Source: Octopus vulgaris
Lineage: Eukaryota
Assembly (NCBI GenBank): GCA_951406725.2
Contig: OX597839.1
Coordinates: forward strand, 31,248,001-31,312,000
DNA length: 64,000 bases
Direction: 5' to 3'
Position 1 is the first letter of the stretch. Every line of letters starts with the position of its first letter. Below are positions 51,164-64,000 of this stretch, piece after piece. The notes beneath the pieces are model-generated. The model was not told where the DNA came from. It worked only from the letters and a program-made list of their open reading frames with translations, and did not search any database. The position numbers and the translations under genes were made by a program.

Positions 51164-54100
51164 TTGTAATTTTTGAGATGAGAACAACTATAATGAGTTT
51201 GTGGTAATTTTGTTTTTTAAAAAAAAAAAAAGAGCAAAAGACTTTCTAATTCTCTTTTCTGAAATTGCCGTGAAACCTCAGAGGTTTTTTGAAGAACTGA
51301 TAATCTAGCAGAGAGGAAGACAGAGGATCGAAAATATACAAACACACTCTCTCTCTCTTGCACACACACACACACACACACACATATGCACAGACACACA
51401 CACGTAATAAAAGTAAATGGCTCCATCCATTCTGATAATGAGTAAATCAAAGAGATTCTCCTTAACATAATCCTAGAGCACTTTCAATGGAACACACACA
51501 CACACATGTAAAGGCCACAAGAAATCACTCTAGTGATGGCAGCTGAAATTCCAGGCCCTTTGGAATTGTGTTGAGAGAATGTTAATAAAGGTTATGCACA
51601 GGGCCTCCCCAGTGCAGACCACCTCTACACTATATATATATATATATAAATAAATATATATAGATAGATATAGATACACACACACACACACACACATACA
51701 TGTATATATTCACAATAGTATTGTTCTAATTCTTCCAACTCAATGGATAATAGTCGAAGGGGTTACATATCCTTCATAGATTTAATCACTGGGCTTCCAT
51801 TCATTCTCCATCTAACCTCAACACTTGGATTTGAATAAGGAGGCTACAATACAAGACACCTACCCAAGGTACTGTGCCATGGTATTGAACCTGGGGATTC
51901 ATGACTGCAATGAAAACATAACTCTACACCCACCCCTTTGTCCCTGCACACATGGCAATGCATCCACACCACTACACCCAAGAATGGCAAATAAAGAGAT
52001 ATCAATGGATTAACAAAGACTAAAATATTTGTTCCTAAACCCTGTCCACAACAATAGGTAGAAACGTAAGGTATTTGGGGTGGGGGGGCATAGGGAATGG
52101 GTTGTATGGGGGGAGAGCACAAGATCAGACTGATGTTTCTCCCTTAATGAGTGAAAAGGTCAACAGCAACTGGGTCCCTAGAAGGGTCTCTCTACTACTC
52201 TATGACTACCATCTAAACCTGATCATAAAATGTAGTACTAATTACCCTTTAAATTATAAGCACAAAGCCTGAAGTTTTGGGGGCTGGGAGGTCGATTACA
52301 TCGACCCCCAGTGCTCAACTGGTATTTATTTCATCGACCCCAAAAGGATGAAAGACAAAGCTGACCTCAGTGGAACTTGAACTTAGAACATAGAAAAGGG
52401 TGATATGCTGCAAAGCATTTTGTCTAGTGTGCTAGTGATTCTGTCAGCTCACCTTAATCATAACAACAACAACAACAATCTAGTAAAATGCTCTTTTGCC
52501 ACCAAAAATATATCAACAAAAACCATTCCACCCCATAAAAAAAACACAAATGTACAAGTGTTCCCTGCTATTTTATTTCTTATTTCGATGTGAGTTTTGA
52601 GATTTGTGAGACAAGGGTTAAATAGGAGGATGAAAGGTTCAACATTTCATTTCTATAGAAACATCGCAAAAGCAGCTCTGGTTAAGAACTGAAACTGGAC
52701 AGAAAGATTTAGAGACTTTAATGTTGCTATGGCACTGGCTGCCCATCAATACCATTTTGATGGGGTTCAATGGTGAAGGGTGTTAAGATATTGGGGTGTT
52801 GTGGGACTGAGCAGATTACTTCTTATATACACAATGGTCAAATAAAAAAGAAGAAAAACTAATCCTACGAAGTAAAAAAAAAAAACAGCAATCATTACCT
52901 CAGCATATCCTCACTATCAGACTGTCAAACACACGCACGATATGTTCTGATGACCTCATTAGAAACCAACACAACCAGCTATTTGATGACAGAGTATATG
53001 GTACAGTCTCAGATGGGACTGAAGCATGGCATGTCCAAGCTGCAGGAGTTGTGCTTTGTTGTGCCACAGTTTGCACAAACAGTTAAGAGATAAGAAGGTA
53101 ACCTGACTCAAGTACTTGCCATATAAGAGTATGCAAAGTAGTGTCAGATGAGACAGAATGCATAGGTTTCCTCAAAAGTGTTTGTTAAGCTACCTTTATC
53201 TTCCAGAATGGATGGAACAAAGCCGGCCACTTTCACACAACAACAATAATAATATTGATGAATTATTTTGCTGTCCATATCAATTAATTCTTTTCATTGA
53301 AATTAAATGCTGCATTGAGAATTTGGTTAAGACATTTAACCAAAATTTCTGACTTGTATTAAATCAAAATCTTTTTAAAAGCTCAAAACTAAAAATAAAA
53401 ATACAAAAGCAAATAAGAAAATTTTGTAAAAGAAGTGAAAAAGAAAAACAACATTTAAAGAATTTGATTTCTCTCGATCTGAAGGAGTTGTATTTTAAAA
53501 GAGAGATGAGATGATGGAGAGAAGGTTTAGGAAGGGATAGCAGCCGTATGTTTCTCTAGAATAGTAGCAGCATAAATGAAATGAAGTGGCTTCATTTGGA
53601 AACGGAAGCCTCGATAAGAACTAGGTCCACTACCAGACTAATTGTTGCTCTCTACAAGATGCTAGCCACAACACCTACAGAAAATCTTCAAGGATAGAAA
53701 TATTGCGAATTGATATAAAAAAAAAAAAACATGAGGCTGGCAATAACAAGAGATTTATAAGGGTTTTTTTGAATTTTCACATGTGTTTCCTTTTAAGTTC
53801 TAAATCTAAGATATCATTGATGGTAATAAATGCATCAATTCTTAATTTGGTTGAAGGAGAGAGAAAAAAACAAACAAAAAACAAGCAAGGTTTCTTGTAA
53901 AAAAAAGGGTTTTTGTTTAACTTTACTTTTTTTTTGGTTTTTGTTTTTCAAAGTATCTTCTTTTCCTTCTATTTTCCAAAAGTTCTTTCTTAAAATGAAA
54001 TATGGTAAATAGAAACAGTGCAAGATCAAAGACAGGAAAATAATGGTAAAGATATGAGTGAAATGGCAGAGGAACGGAAAAAATAATAATAAAAAAAAAA

Positions 54101-54381
54101 ACAAGGTATTTAGAAACAAACAAGCTTATTTACAATTTGATATATATATATACATACATTTATATATGTTTATATATATATACATTTACATGTGTATATT
54201 TATTTATATATATACATTTATATACACAAATATATATACATAAATATGTACATATATCATATATAAATATATACACACATATGCATTCAGTTATGTGTTC
54301 GTGTGTGTATCTATCTATCTATACATATATAGACAGATACACACATATATACATTTATATTATGTACAAATACACATGTAT

Positions 54382-54426
<45 letters not shown>

Positions 54427-54506
54427 CATGTACATATATGTATGTCCACATGCACATATATATATATGTATATATATATGTCCACATGCACACATATATA
54501 TAAGTC

Positions 54507-54540
<34 letters not shown>

Positions 54541-54541
54541 C

Positions 54542-54582
<41 letters not shown>

Positions 54583-55037
54583 TGCCATGTTAAACTGAAA
54601 AATGACATTAGCCTTCTTCAATGTAGTCCATATATATTTCCCTCAGACTAATTGTTGGAATATGAGAGTTTGGTATTTTAGTGTGGCATTGACGTAACCC
54701 GAATCGTGTGACCCCTGTTCTTTTAAGGGATCAGAGGTTAACGTCAGCATTTGTTGTTCCAGTAGACCTGAAACCTATGGTAGAAGTCATCTGTTATTTA
54801 TCGAAGTCATATCACAATTTGATATTGAAATTACTACAAGACTTTCAGGGTTTCTCATGATAGACTTCTTCAAAAGCCATCTAATATACTAATTCTTCAA
54901 GCACACTCACACACATACACACACACACTCACACAAATGAAGATATTACAAAGAGTTGTCCATAAAATATGATAAAGTGAAATTAAGCCAGAAACATTGT
55001 CATGTTTTCAGTTTAAACATGTAAAAAACACCTGATG

Positions 55038-55076
<39 letters not shown>

Positions 55077-57000
55077 TGTATGTGTGTGCATATATATATA
55101 TATATGTAACACACACATATTTACATATATATATTTATATATGTGCCTATATGTATGTGTGTATATATACATATGTAATGCGTGTATATACATCTATGTA
55201 TATATGTATATGTGTATATGCATATATATATATAAATGTGTGTGTGTGTGCTTGTGTATGTGTATTTGTTAGTATTTATCTATGTACAAAATGCGTTTTA
55301 TGTCGCCAAGATATGAAAGATAGAAAAATGGTGAATGAACAACGAGATTGAGAATGTTAAAAAAAAATTATTATTTTTGTTTTAAATAACAACACCAAAA
55401 AAAAAAAAAAAATCAAAGAGGGAATGGTCAGGAATATTGTGGGGGTTGGGAGATACTTCTACTAAAAAAAGGGGTCTCATGTAAAATTCTAAAAAGGCAA
55501 GCGTGACATATATCTTCATTTGAAATGTTCAGGGCTTTTTTTTTTCCTTTAGATGCATTTTTTTTTGTTGATATTTCTGGAATTTTCTTTTAAAGACAAT
55601 AAAATGCCTTTGTTATTGTTATTATCATTATCATTATTATTATTTTTTCTCATCATTATCATCATCATCATTATTATTATTATGATGTTCCCTTTAGAAA
55701 TTGTAAGCCAATGTAAAGTTGTTTAAAGCTATTAAAATTTTTATCAAAGTTAATAAAATTCTATTGCAGCCTATAAAAATGTTCAATTGGTGTTAGTAAT
55801 TATCAATTAATTAATTAGTAGTAGTAGTAACAGTAGATATTTATTATTGTTATAAGCCTGATAAATTTTGTCAAAGCTGATAAAATTTTATGAAAGCCTG
55901 ATAAAATGTCTTTAATATTTTTTGGAGCCTATTATTGATATTATTATGATAATAATAATTATTATTATCATTATTAAAAGCAAATGATGTAGTTTGAACA
56001 ACAAAGTGAGCCTTTTCTGCTTTTTTTTTTATTATATTTTATGTTTATTTATTTTTTTTTTAATTGAAGACAATTTGTGGTCAGTGATTGAGCAAAAAAA
56101 AAAAAAGTTTTAAAAAACTCCACCCTGCCCCATGATCTGGTTCCTTTTAAAGCTGGTTATATATAAAAAAGATGTTTCAATGCCAAAAAAAAAATATGAT
56201 AATTTTTAACAGTTTTTTTTTATATGAATTTTTTTTTAATTATCATTATTATTGTTTTCTGTTCCAACATTTTCCTCGTTGTACCTGAGTCAAAAAACTT
56301 GACATTTTAGGTATTGACAAATGGTCCCTCGGGTGGAAAACCCTCATCATCATCATCATCATCCTCATCACCATTGTCATCATTATTATTATCAATATTA
56401 TTATTGTTGTTATTATTATTAATTAAGAGGGCAGTGGAGATGGCCAAAACAGTTGAATGCCAGATGAGATATTGTAACATATCCAATCTGGAACCTCGCT
56501 ATTCCAGGTTCCAATCTTGCCAGAGGGTCAACTTTGAAACTTTCATCCTTTTTGGGGGGGCACAGTAGGGAGGAAGGAAGGAAGGAAAGAAGGCGGGGCA
56601 GATGTATAAAATGCATATCATTGATTTAGGGAAGCTGCTACAATTACTGCCATGAGAAATGATACAATATTGATGTCACAAGTCAACAAAGATATTCCAG
56701 AGAGAGAGAGATGAGGAAATGATAATCTAGGCAGGATAAAAAGAGATCAAACCGTTGAAATGCTGGATAAATCTTTTAGATGATCGTCTTCAGTGCCTAA
56801 TTAACAATTTCGTTTTAATTGCTCTGAGGTCAATTAAGGCTCAGTAACCTACTGGGGCCAATCAAATTTAAACTCCTCCACTCAATTTTTTCTAAAGAAA
56901 AAAAAAACAGAAAAAATTTGACTGTGGGGTGGATCAAAATAAACATTGATTAAAGAAAAAAAGAAAAAGGAACACAACTGAGCGATGGAGAGAAATGATA

Positions 57001-57447
57001 GAAAATGGATTTGTAGAAGTGTTGCAGTGTTGGGTTTAATAGCGAAATAGAATGAGAGAGCACCATCAACCAGATAAAACATTGTGGTTGAAAAAAGAGA
57101 CGCATGGAGATGTTAGAGAATAGATGATGTAGTTCCCATTGCAGGTGGCTACAAAACGGCTAGCAAAGAACGTGAGAAAATTGGTAATTATTTGGTGCTT
57201 TAGATGGAAATTTCAAGAATATGGAACACACAGATTACTAATGTTGGATCAATAGTGATTGGTGCGTTTGGTGCCGTTGCAAACAGGTGAATAATGCAAC
57301 AAAGTGCAAAATGTAGCTCATAACATTTGTTTCCTTAAAGAACTCAGCAGTTGTTGGAGCTGCTAACAGGGAGCTGGGATGGAAAGTACAGGGTTTCTAC
57401 CAGATGAAACCCTTAAGCCTTCTCATGAGTGACGATGACGAAGATGA
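57001..57447 (+). mobile_element. R4/Dong-like non-LTR retrotransposon 3' end (restriction-like endonuclease), followed by (AAT)n
   Basis: Degenerate translation HQPD..IVVEKR..IDDVVP..KEREKIGNY..EISRIWN..IVIGAFGAV fits the PD-(D/E)xK RLE motif. It ends directly in an AAT microsatellite. Confidence 0.7.
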
Positions 57448-57448
57448 C

Positions 57449-57485
<37 letters not shown>

Positions 57486-58768
57486 GTTGTTTCAAATTTT
57501 GGCACAAGGCCACCAATTTTGGGGGAGGGGAAAAGTCAATTATATCGACCCCAGTACTCGACTGGTACTTATTTTATCAACCTCAGGAGGATGAAAGGCA
57601 AAGTCAGCCTCGGCAGAATTTCAACTCAGAACGCCAAGACAGACGAAATGAATAATAATGATAATGATAATAATTGAATCCCCCATTGTTAACCTGCAAT
57701 CCTGTGTTTTGCAAGACCCCTAAGAAACATTCTTAAGGTTTGTGGAGACTTGTCATCACCAAACCTCAAGGCAACATTCCTGCTTAAATAGCATGTCATA
57801 GTTTTAGCAGCAGCAGCAATAATAATAATAATAATAATAATAATAATTGTTTCTGATTTGAGCGCAAGGCCAGAAAATTTGAGAAAAGATTAGTCAATAA
57901 CACAACATTGACCCCAGTATTTGTCTGGTACTTCATTTTATCAACCCCAAATGGAGGAAAGGTAAAGTTGACCTCAATGGAATTTGTACCCAGAATATAT
58001 AGAGTAAGCAGAAATACCACAAAGAATTCCTTCCGATGCCATTATGGGTCTGCTAATTAAAAAAAAAAAAAACCAACGAAAAAAAGGCTTCTTATTAAAT
58101 CTATTCTGTCTTTTGAGTTACAGTTTCCAGCAGAGTATTTGCGCCTGTCTTTAAAGTCTTGAAAATATCACGAGGCCCATGGTTGAAAATCTAGTTTTGT
58201 GGTGTGAAGTGGATGAGATACAAAAAGTCAATTGTTTCTCCATTTTTTAAATTTTTTATTTCCATGAAAATCTCATCAGTCTATCGCCGGTGGTGGTCAT
58301 GGGTTATTATTTATTCCCGGAATCAAATGTATCAAAAAAAAAAAAAAAAAGCAAAAAAAGCCATGTAGAATTAAGTGTGAACTTGAACTCCACTCCCTGT
58401 GAGTTAACAGTCTGTGTCTGACCCCTTTAACCACCTGACTATGCTTGCTGTTGTCCCTACCCCTGCTACACCCGACAACAACTCTAAGAAAGGAAGAAAT
58501 AAAGGGAAGCAGATTCCCTCGAGGGACTGGAACTGAATAAGAGATTTGATCCTTTGACCTTTACATCATTGGCTCCCCCTTGCAATAACAACAACAACAA
58601 CAGTATCAACAATAACAATAACAATCATAATAGTATTAATAATAATAGTAATAATAATAATAGTAATAATAATAACAATGGTTTCTTATATAGGCTCCTG
58701 TAGTGAGCAGGTTTGTGTCAAAGGGTTTGTGGCACCGTTTCACGCTCCTCCTTTTGTAAATTCCATCC

Positions 58769-58820
<52 letters not shown>

Positions 58821-59137
58821 GTAATAATAATAATAATAGTAATTGTAATAATAATTCCAAAACTGGAATTGAAACAGAGATGGAGGCGTTAGTTCGGAGT
58901 CGTAAACAGTAGCACAGTGCCCTCTATGACAACAACAACAACAACAATTATAGTGAGATCATAGACAGGCACAACACCTCAGAGTTTATAGAAGAAGAGC
59001 AATAGGTGAGATTGTGTGATGTTCATGCACTTTTTCTGAAGGGCTTTAAGCAATGCAAGGGAAATGGTTGTGTCTAGGAATTGAAACTGGATTACAAAGA
59101 TGATGTACTTAGTTCTGAGCACCACAACCCCTTTATC

Positions 59138-59190
<53 letters not shown>

Positions 59191-59441
59191 CATGATAATA
59201 ATAATCATGATAATAATAATAATCTTTTTTTATTATAGGCACAATACCTGAAATTTGGTGGGGGAGGGGATAAGTCGATTACATAGACCCCAGTGTCTAA
59301 CTGGTATTTATTCAATTGACCCCGAAAGGATGAAAAGGAGAGTCGACCTCGGCAGAATTTGAACTCAGAACATAAGGACAGACAAAATGCCACTAAGCAT
59401 TTTGCCAAGCATGCTAATGATTCTGCCAGGTCACTGCCTTC

Positions 59442-59495
<54 letters not shown>

Positions 59496-60386
59496 ATCAT
59501 TATTTGCATTAGTTAAGTCAGTTTTAAGTCATATTTGCAGTAAACAGGTTTCTATAAAATTGATTTATAGGAAGAAGTGTTTTGGATAAAATTTTACAGT
59601 CTGTTTTGATAAAAAAAAAATACAAAAAAAATTAATTAAAAAAATTTACATAATGAGACCCTGGAATATTTGGAAATAAACTAAAACAAAGAGAATGACT
59701 TTTTTTCTGATTTTATGACAAGCAGTTATCTTGCTTGAATATTCATCTTATAAGGCTGTGGCACAGCTTCTCTAGAAACTATACACACACACATATATGT
59801 GTGTGTGCGTGTGTGTGTGATGCATTTTGTTCTTGAGCAAGACACTTCTTTCCATGCCACTCCAATTCATTCAGCTGGTTAAAGTGAATAATCTTGCCAT
59901 CAACCAGCATCCTGTCCAGGGGAGAATATATCCACCAGAGAACCCAGGAAACTGACCCTATGAGTCTCTATAACTTTGTAAGGGCCTTTATCCTATTTTA
60001 TACATCCATACATATAAGGTGGTGCTCCAGCATGACCACAGTTCAATGGCTGAAACAATGACATTTCTTCTGGCACTTCATGTTCTGAGTTCAAATCCTG
60101 TCATGGTTAACATTGCCTTTCATCTTTTTGGGGGTTGATAAGATAAAATACCAGTCAATATTAGGGGCTGATGTAATCGAATTAAAAATTGCTGGCTTTG
60201 TGCTGAAATTAGAAACACATTATTTTTGAATCAAATTCTGCTGAAGTCAGTTTTGCCTTTCATCTCTTCAGGGTTGATAAAATAACGTACCAGTCATACT
60301 CTGGGGTTGATGATATTGACTAACCCCACCACCTTAAATTAAGAACAGTTATTATCACTATTATTGTTATTATTAAAAATACTCAC

Positions 60387-60567
60387 CTAACCCATGCGGG
60401 CATAGCAAAACAGACGTCAAAATGGACAGGGTTTTGTTGTCAACAGTTTTATACAAGTTATTCTCTACACCATCCGGTGGGTTGGGAGGAGGGAAACGGT
60501 TAAACTGAGCACCAAATCGTAGAATGTTTGGATGAAACGAAATATTGAAGACGGTTTGTAAAGACAT
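60387..60567 (-). CDS. Candidate first coding exon of an unidentified minus-strand gene (MSLQTVFNISFHPNILRFGAQFNRFPPPNPPDGVENNLYKTVDNKTLSILTSVLLCPHGL|G)
   Basis: A non-repetitive ATG-initiated ORF with an upstream in-frame stop, ending at a consensus donor AG|GTGAGT. No homology recognised. Confidence 0.3.
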
Positions 60568-61058
60568 GATTGAGAATTTAACAATGGAATTTCTTCAAAT
60601 AATCACTGAGCTAACTGTTGTGATGTGTGTGTGTGTGTGTGTTATCATTTCGCTTTGGATATAGTGAGACTAATAACCTAGTGTTAGAACTCAATTTGCA
60701 TATACTTCAGAACAAAGTGTCAGGCAAGTCCAGAGCAGTAATAAGAAATTATGCCATGAACTGCAATGGCTTACAGCTGTTTCTGCTACTATAATTCCTC
60801 ATATATGAATATGTTAATCATACTATGTTATACACATTTACATAGACTCACTTATGTATGAGGCATATATGTATGTGTGCTTGTTGAATATAGATTATTA
60901 TTATTATTATTATTATTATTATTGTTATATTTGTATCTGAGCTCTTGTAATACAAGCTATAAGGTTTGTTGTTGTTCTCTAGTATTTTCTATCCATGTTG
61001 ACTGTTGGAGAAATGAACCAGTTATTATTAACTATTTTAATGCCACTTCATTTCGTAT

Positions 61059-61094
<36 letters not shown>

Positions 61095-61710
61095 TTCAAA
61101 ATTGCACAAAAAACGAAAACGAAAGGCAGAGGTAGGTGAAGGAACAACAAACAAGCTGGATTAGTTTGACGCTCAGGAAGAATGAAAAGAAAGCTTTGAC
61201 ATTTTGAGCTGATGCTCTTCTTCAGAAAGGAATGGGGGAAAGAAAACGGGGGGGGGGGGAGGGCAAAGAATGGAGAGAAAAAAAAAACAAGCCTGGATTA
61301 ATGGTTGCATACACACATACAAATATATATATCTATTTACATATACATACATATATGTGTGTGTGTACAAATGCATGTGTATTTGTATTCATGTATGTAT
61401 ATATATATATATATATATGCATACATATTGTATGTGTATCTGTGTATGTGGGGTGTGGTACCTGTTGTATTATTGTTTTGAGTAAAGGGGTGGGGGTCAC
61501 CTGTTGGATCTCTGCTCTGAAACTAGGGTCCATTTGGTTAAATTGCCAAAATGCCTCGTTGGGCTTCATTTCAAACCCTATGCAATGCTATCAGCCCTGA
61601 AATATTGCTTATGTTGTTGTTCATGTCCCTTTATCTATACTGTACTCTGTGTGTCTGTGTGTCTGTGATTATTTATTTTGTTTGTTCTTTATTATCATTC
61701 TTATCATCAA

Positions 61711-61746
<36 letters not shown>

Positions 61747-62061
61747 TGTTATTATTACTTCTGTTATTGCAAAAAAAAAAAAACTCCAACAAATATCATT
61801 GTTAGGGTCACTTGTTAAGAAAGGAGTAAAACGTGACCCCCAGCCCTTACTCTCGGGGTCCATGAGTTGCAAACAGCAGTAACAACAACAACAACAACAA
61901 AAATAAAGGAAGAAAAGGCACATTAATCAATTGATCAATCAATCAATCAATATGGCAATACAACCTCCCCCCCTCCAACCCCGACCCCTTCTAAAAGAAG
62001 CAAGAAAGAACATGAAACAGCTCCCTTCAAAAACGAATCCATGAATAGAGAACTCAGTCAA

Positions 62062-62095
<34 letters not shown>

Positions 62096-62137
62096 GAGTT
62101 GCAATAATAAGGAATCACCACCACCACCACCACCACC

Positions 62138-62171
<34 letters not shown>

Positions 62172-62522
62172 TCATCCTTTCATGACCCCATCATAAAGAA
62201 CCAGCAAATAATAATATGCTGGGGTTGATGTAATTGACTCAAATGCTCCTTCTAAAAATTTGCTGGCCTTGTGCATAAATTAAAAAAACCGATTGTAATT
62301 ACACTCATTAACAGCAGTGAGCAAGGCAGAAGTAATTAGTGTGACGGACAAAATGTTTCTCTTTACATTCTGGGTTCAAATCTCATCCCCACCAAGGCGG
62401 ACCTGGCCCTGAATTCTTAATGCGATTGATAAAATAAAGTACCAGTTAAGTGCTGAGGGGTCAATATAATCAACTAGACCCCATCCTGACAAAGTTTTAG
62501 GCTTTGAGTTTATAATAAAAAG

Positions 62523-62523
62523 G

Positions 62524-62563
<40 letters not shown>

Positions 62564-62820
62564 TAATTATTATTATTATTATTATTATCATTATTATTAT
62601 TATTATTACTATCATTATTATTATTACTATCATTATTATTATTATTATTATTATCATTATTATTATTACTATCATTATTATTATTACTATCATTATTATT
62701 ATTATTATTATTATCATTATTATTATCATTATCATTATTATTATTATCATTATTATCATTATTATTATTATTATTACTATCATTATTATTATTATTATCA
62801 TTATTATTATTATCATTATT

Positions 62821-62876
<56 letters not shown>

Positions 62877-62891
62877 CATTATTATTATTAT

Positions 62892-62945
<54 letters not shown>

Positions 62946-62959
62946 CATTATTATTATTA

Positions 62960-62993
<34 letters not shown>

Positions 62994-63054
62994 CATTATT
63001 ATTTTTATTATTATTATTATTGTTATTATTGTTATTATTATTATTATTATTTTT

Positions 63055-63110
<56 letters not shown>

Positions 63111-63162
63111 CATTATTATTATTATTATTATTATTATCATTATTATTATTATCATTATTATT

Positions 63163-63230
<68 letters not shown>

Positions 63231-63236
63231 CATTAT
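62523..63236. repeat. ~710-bp interrupted (ATT)n microsatellite
   Basis: An ATT tract with ATC/ACT/TTT interruptions. It is the source of the poly-I and poly-L ORFs. Confidence 0.97.
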
Positions 63237-63399
63237 CGTTTCAAAACAATATTTTTGATGGTTTGTTAAGATCAGCTTTAAAAGAGGGTTTTTTGGCTGA
63301 TTCCTTCATCAGTGCAAGGTGAGGTGAGAGAAGGAAGCCTGCAGCTGTCAGCATTTACTCTGCACATCAACAACATTCCTTATCTCACCTCTGTATGTA

Positions 63400-63411
63400 G
63401 ACATGCATGTA

Positions 63412-63465
<54 letters not shown>

Positions 63466-63850
63466 TGTACGTATGTATACATATGTGTATGTATGTATGT
63501 ATGAATGCATGCATGCATGCATGTATGTATGTATATATGTATGTATATATGCATGCATACATGTATGTATGTATGTATGTATGTATGTATGTATGCATGC
63601 ATGCATGCATGCATGCATGCATGTATGTATATATGTATATATATATGCCTGCATGCATGTATGTATGTGTGTGTGTGTGTGTATGCATGTGTGTATATAT
63701 GTATTATGTATGTATGTATGCATGTATGTACATATTCATACATGTATGTATGTGTGTATATATGTATAATGTATGTATGCATGTATGCATGCATATATGT
63801 ATGCATGTGTGTGTGTATGTATGTATGTATTTGTGTATGCATGCATGCTA
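63400..63850. repeat. (AT)n/(ATGT)n/(ATGC)n compound microsatellite
   Basis: Directly visible. Similar compound tracts at ~11796-11978, 17600-18030, 46445-47230 and 54140-54580, among others. Confidence 0.95.
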
Positions 63851-64000
63851 ATATTAAAACGTGAGAATGAGTTCTTAACACTGCATTGGTGGATAAATAT
63901 TTTTTATTTGTTGGGTAACAAGACTACCATTGGTTTCATGCCAAGAGAAATTTATAATTGCTGAAAAATTTCTCTCAGCATGAAACAAATGGTAGCCTTC

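Noticed and set aside
52947-52968. Hammerhead core CTGATGA-cctcatta-GAAAC
   Set aside because: No stem II, and no convincing stems I and III or UH cleavage site.

Overview
This is eukaryotic, AT-rich and extremely microsatellite-rich genomic DNA. Its SINE families look like those of an octopod cephalopod (inference, no database check). One protein-coding gene is well supported: three phase-compatible + strand exons of a TMEM26-family membrane protein (26485-26650, 28139-28348, 29562-30314). Its first coding exon was not found in the window. The rest is a mosaic of decayed transposons: a DD37D maT element, a Tc1-like element, a DD41D mariner-like element, Penelope RT and GIY-YIG fragments, an R4/Dong-like RLE fragment, at least three high-copy SINE families, small hairpin elements and simple repeats. 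Nearly all ORFs in the supplied track are microsatellite artefacts. The most unusual structure is a ~1.2 kb fold-back palindrome (39754-40971). It is built from ~336-bp modules in which a conserved ~200-bp CCAAT/TATA-bearing block precedes different tRNA-like Pol III cassettes at a fixed spacing. Other candidates include a Crypton-like hairpin with symmetric ACTCG mismatches, a pre-miRNA-like hairpin and inverted SINE pairs around a TMEM26 exon.
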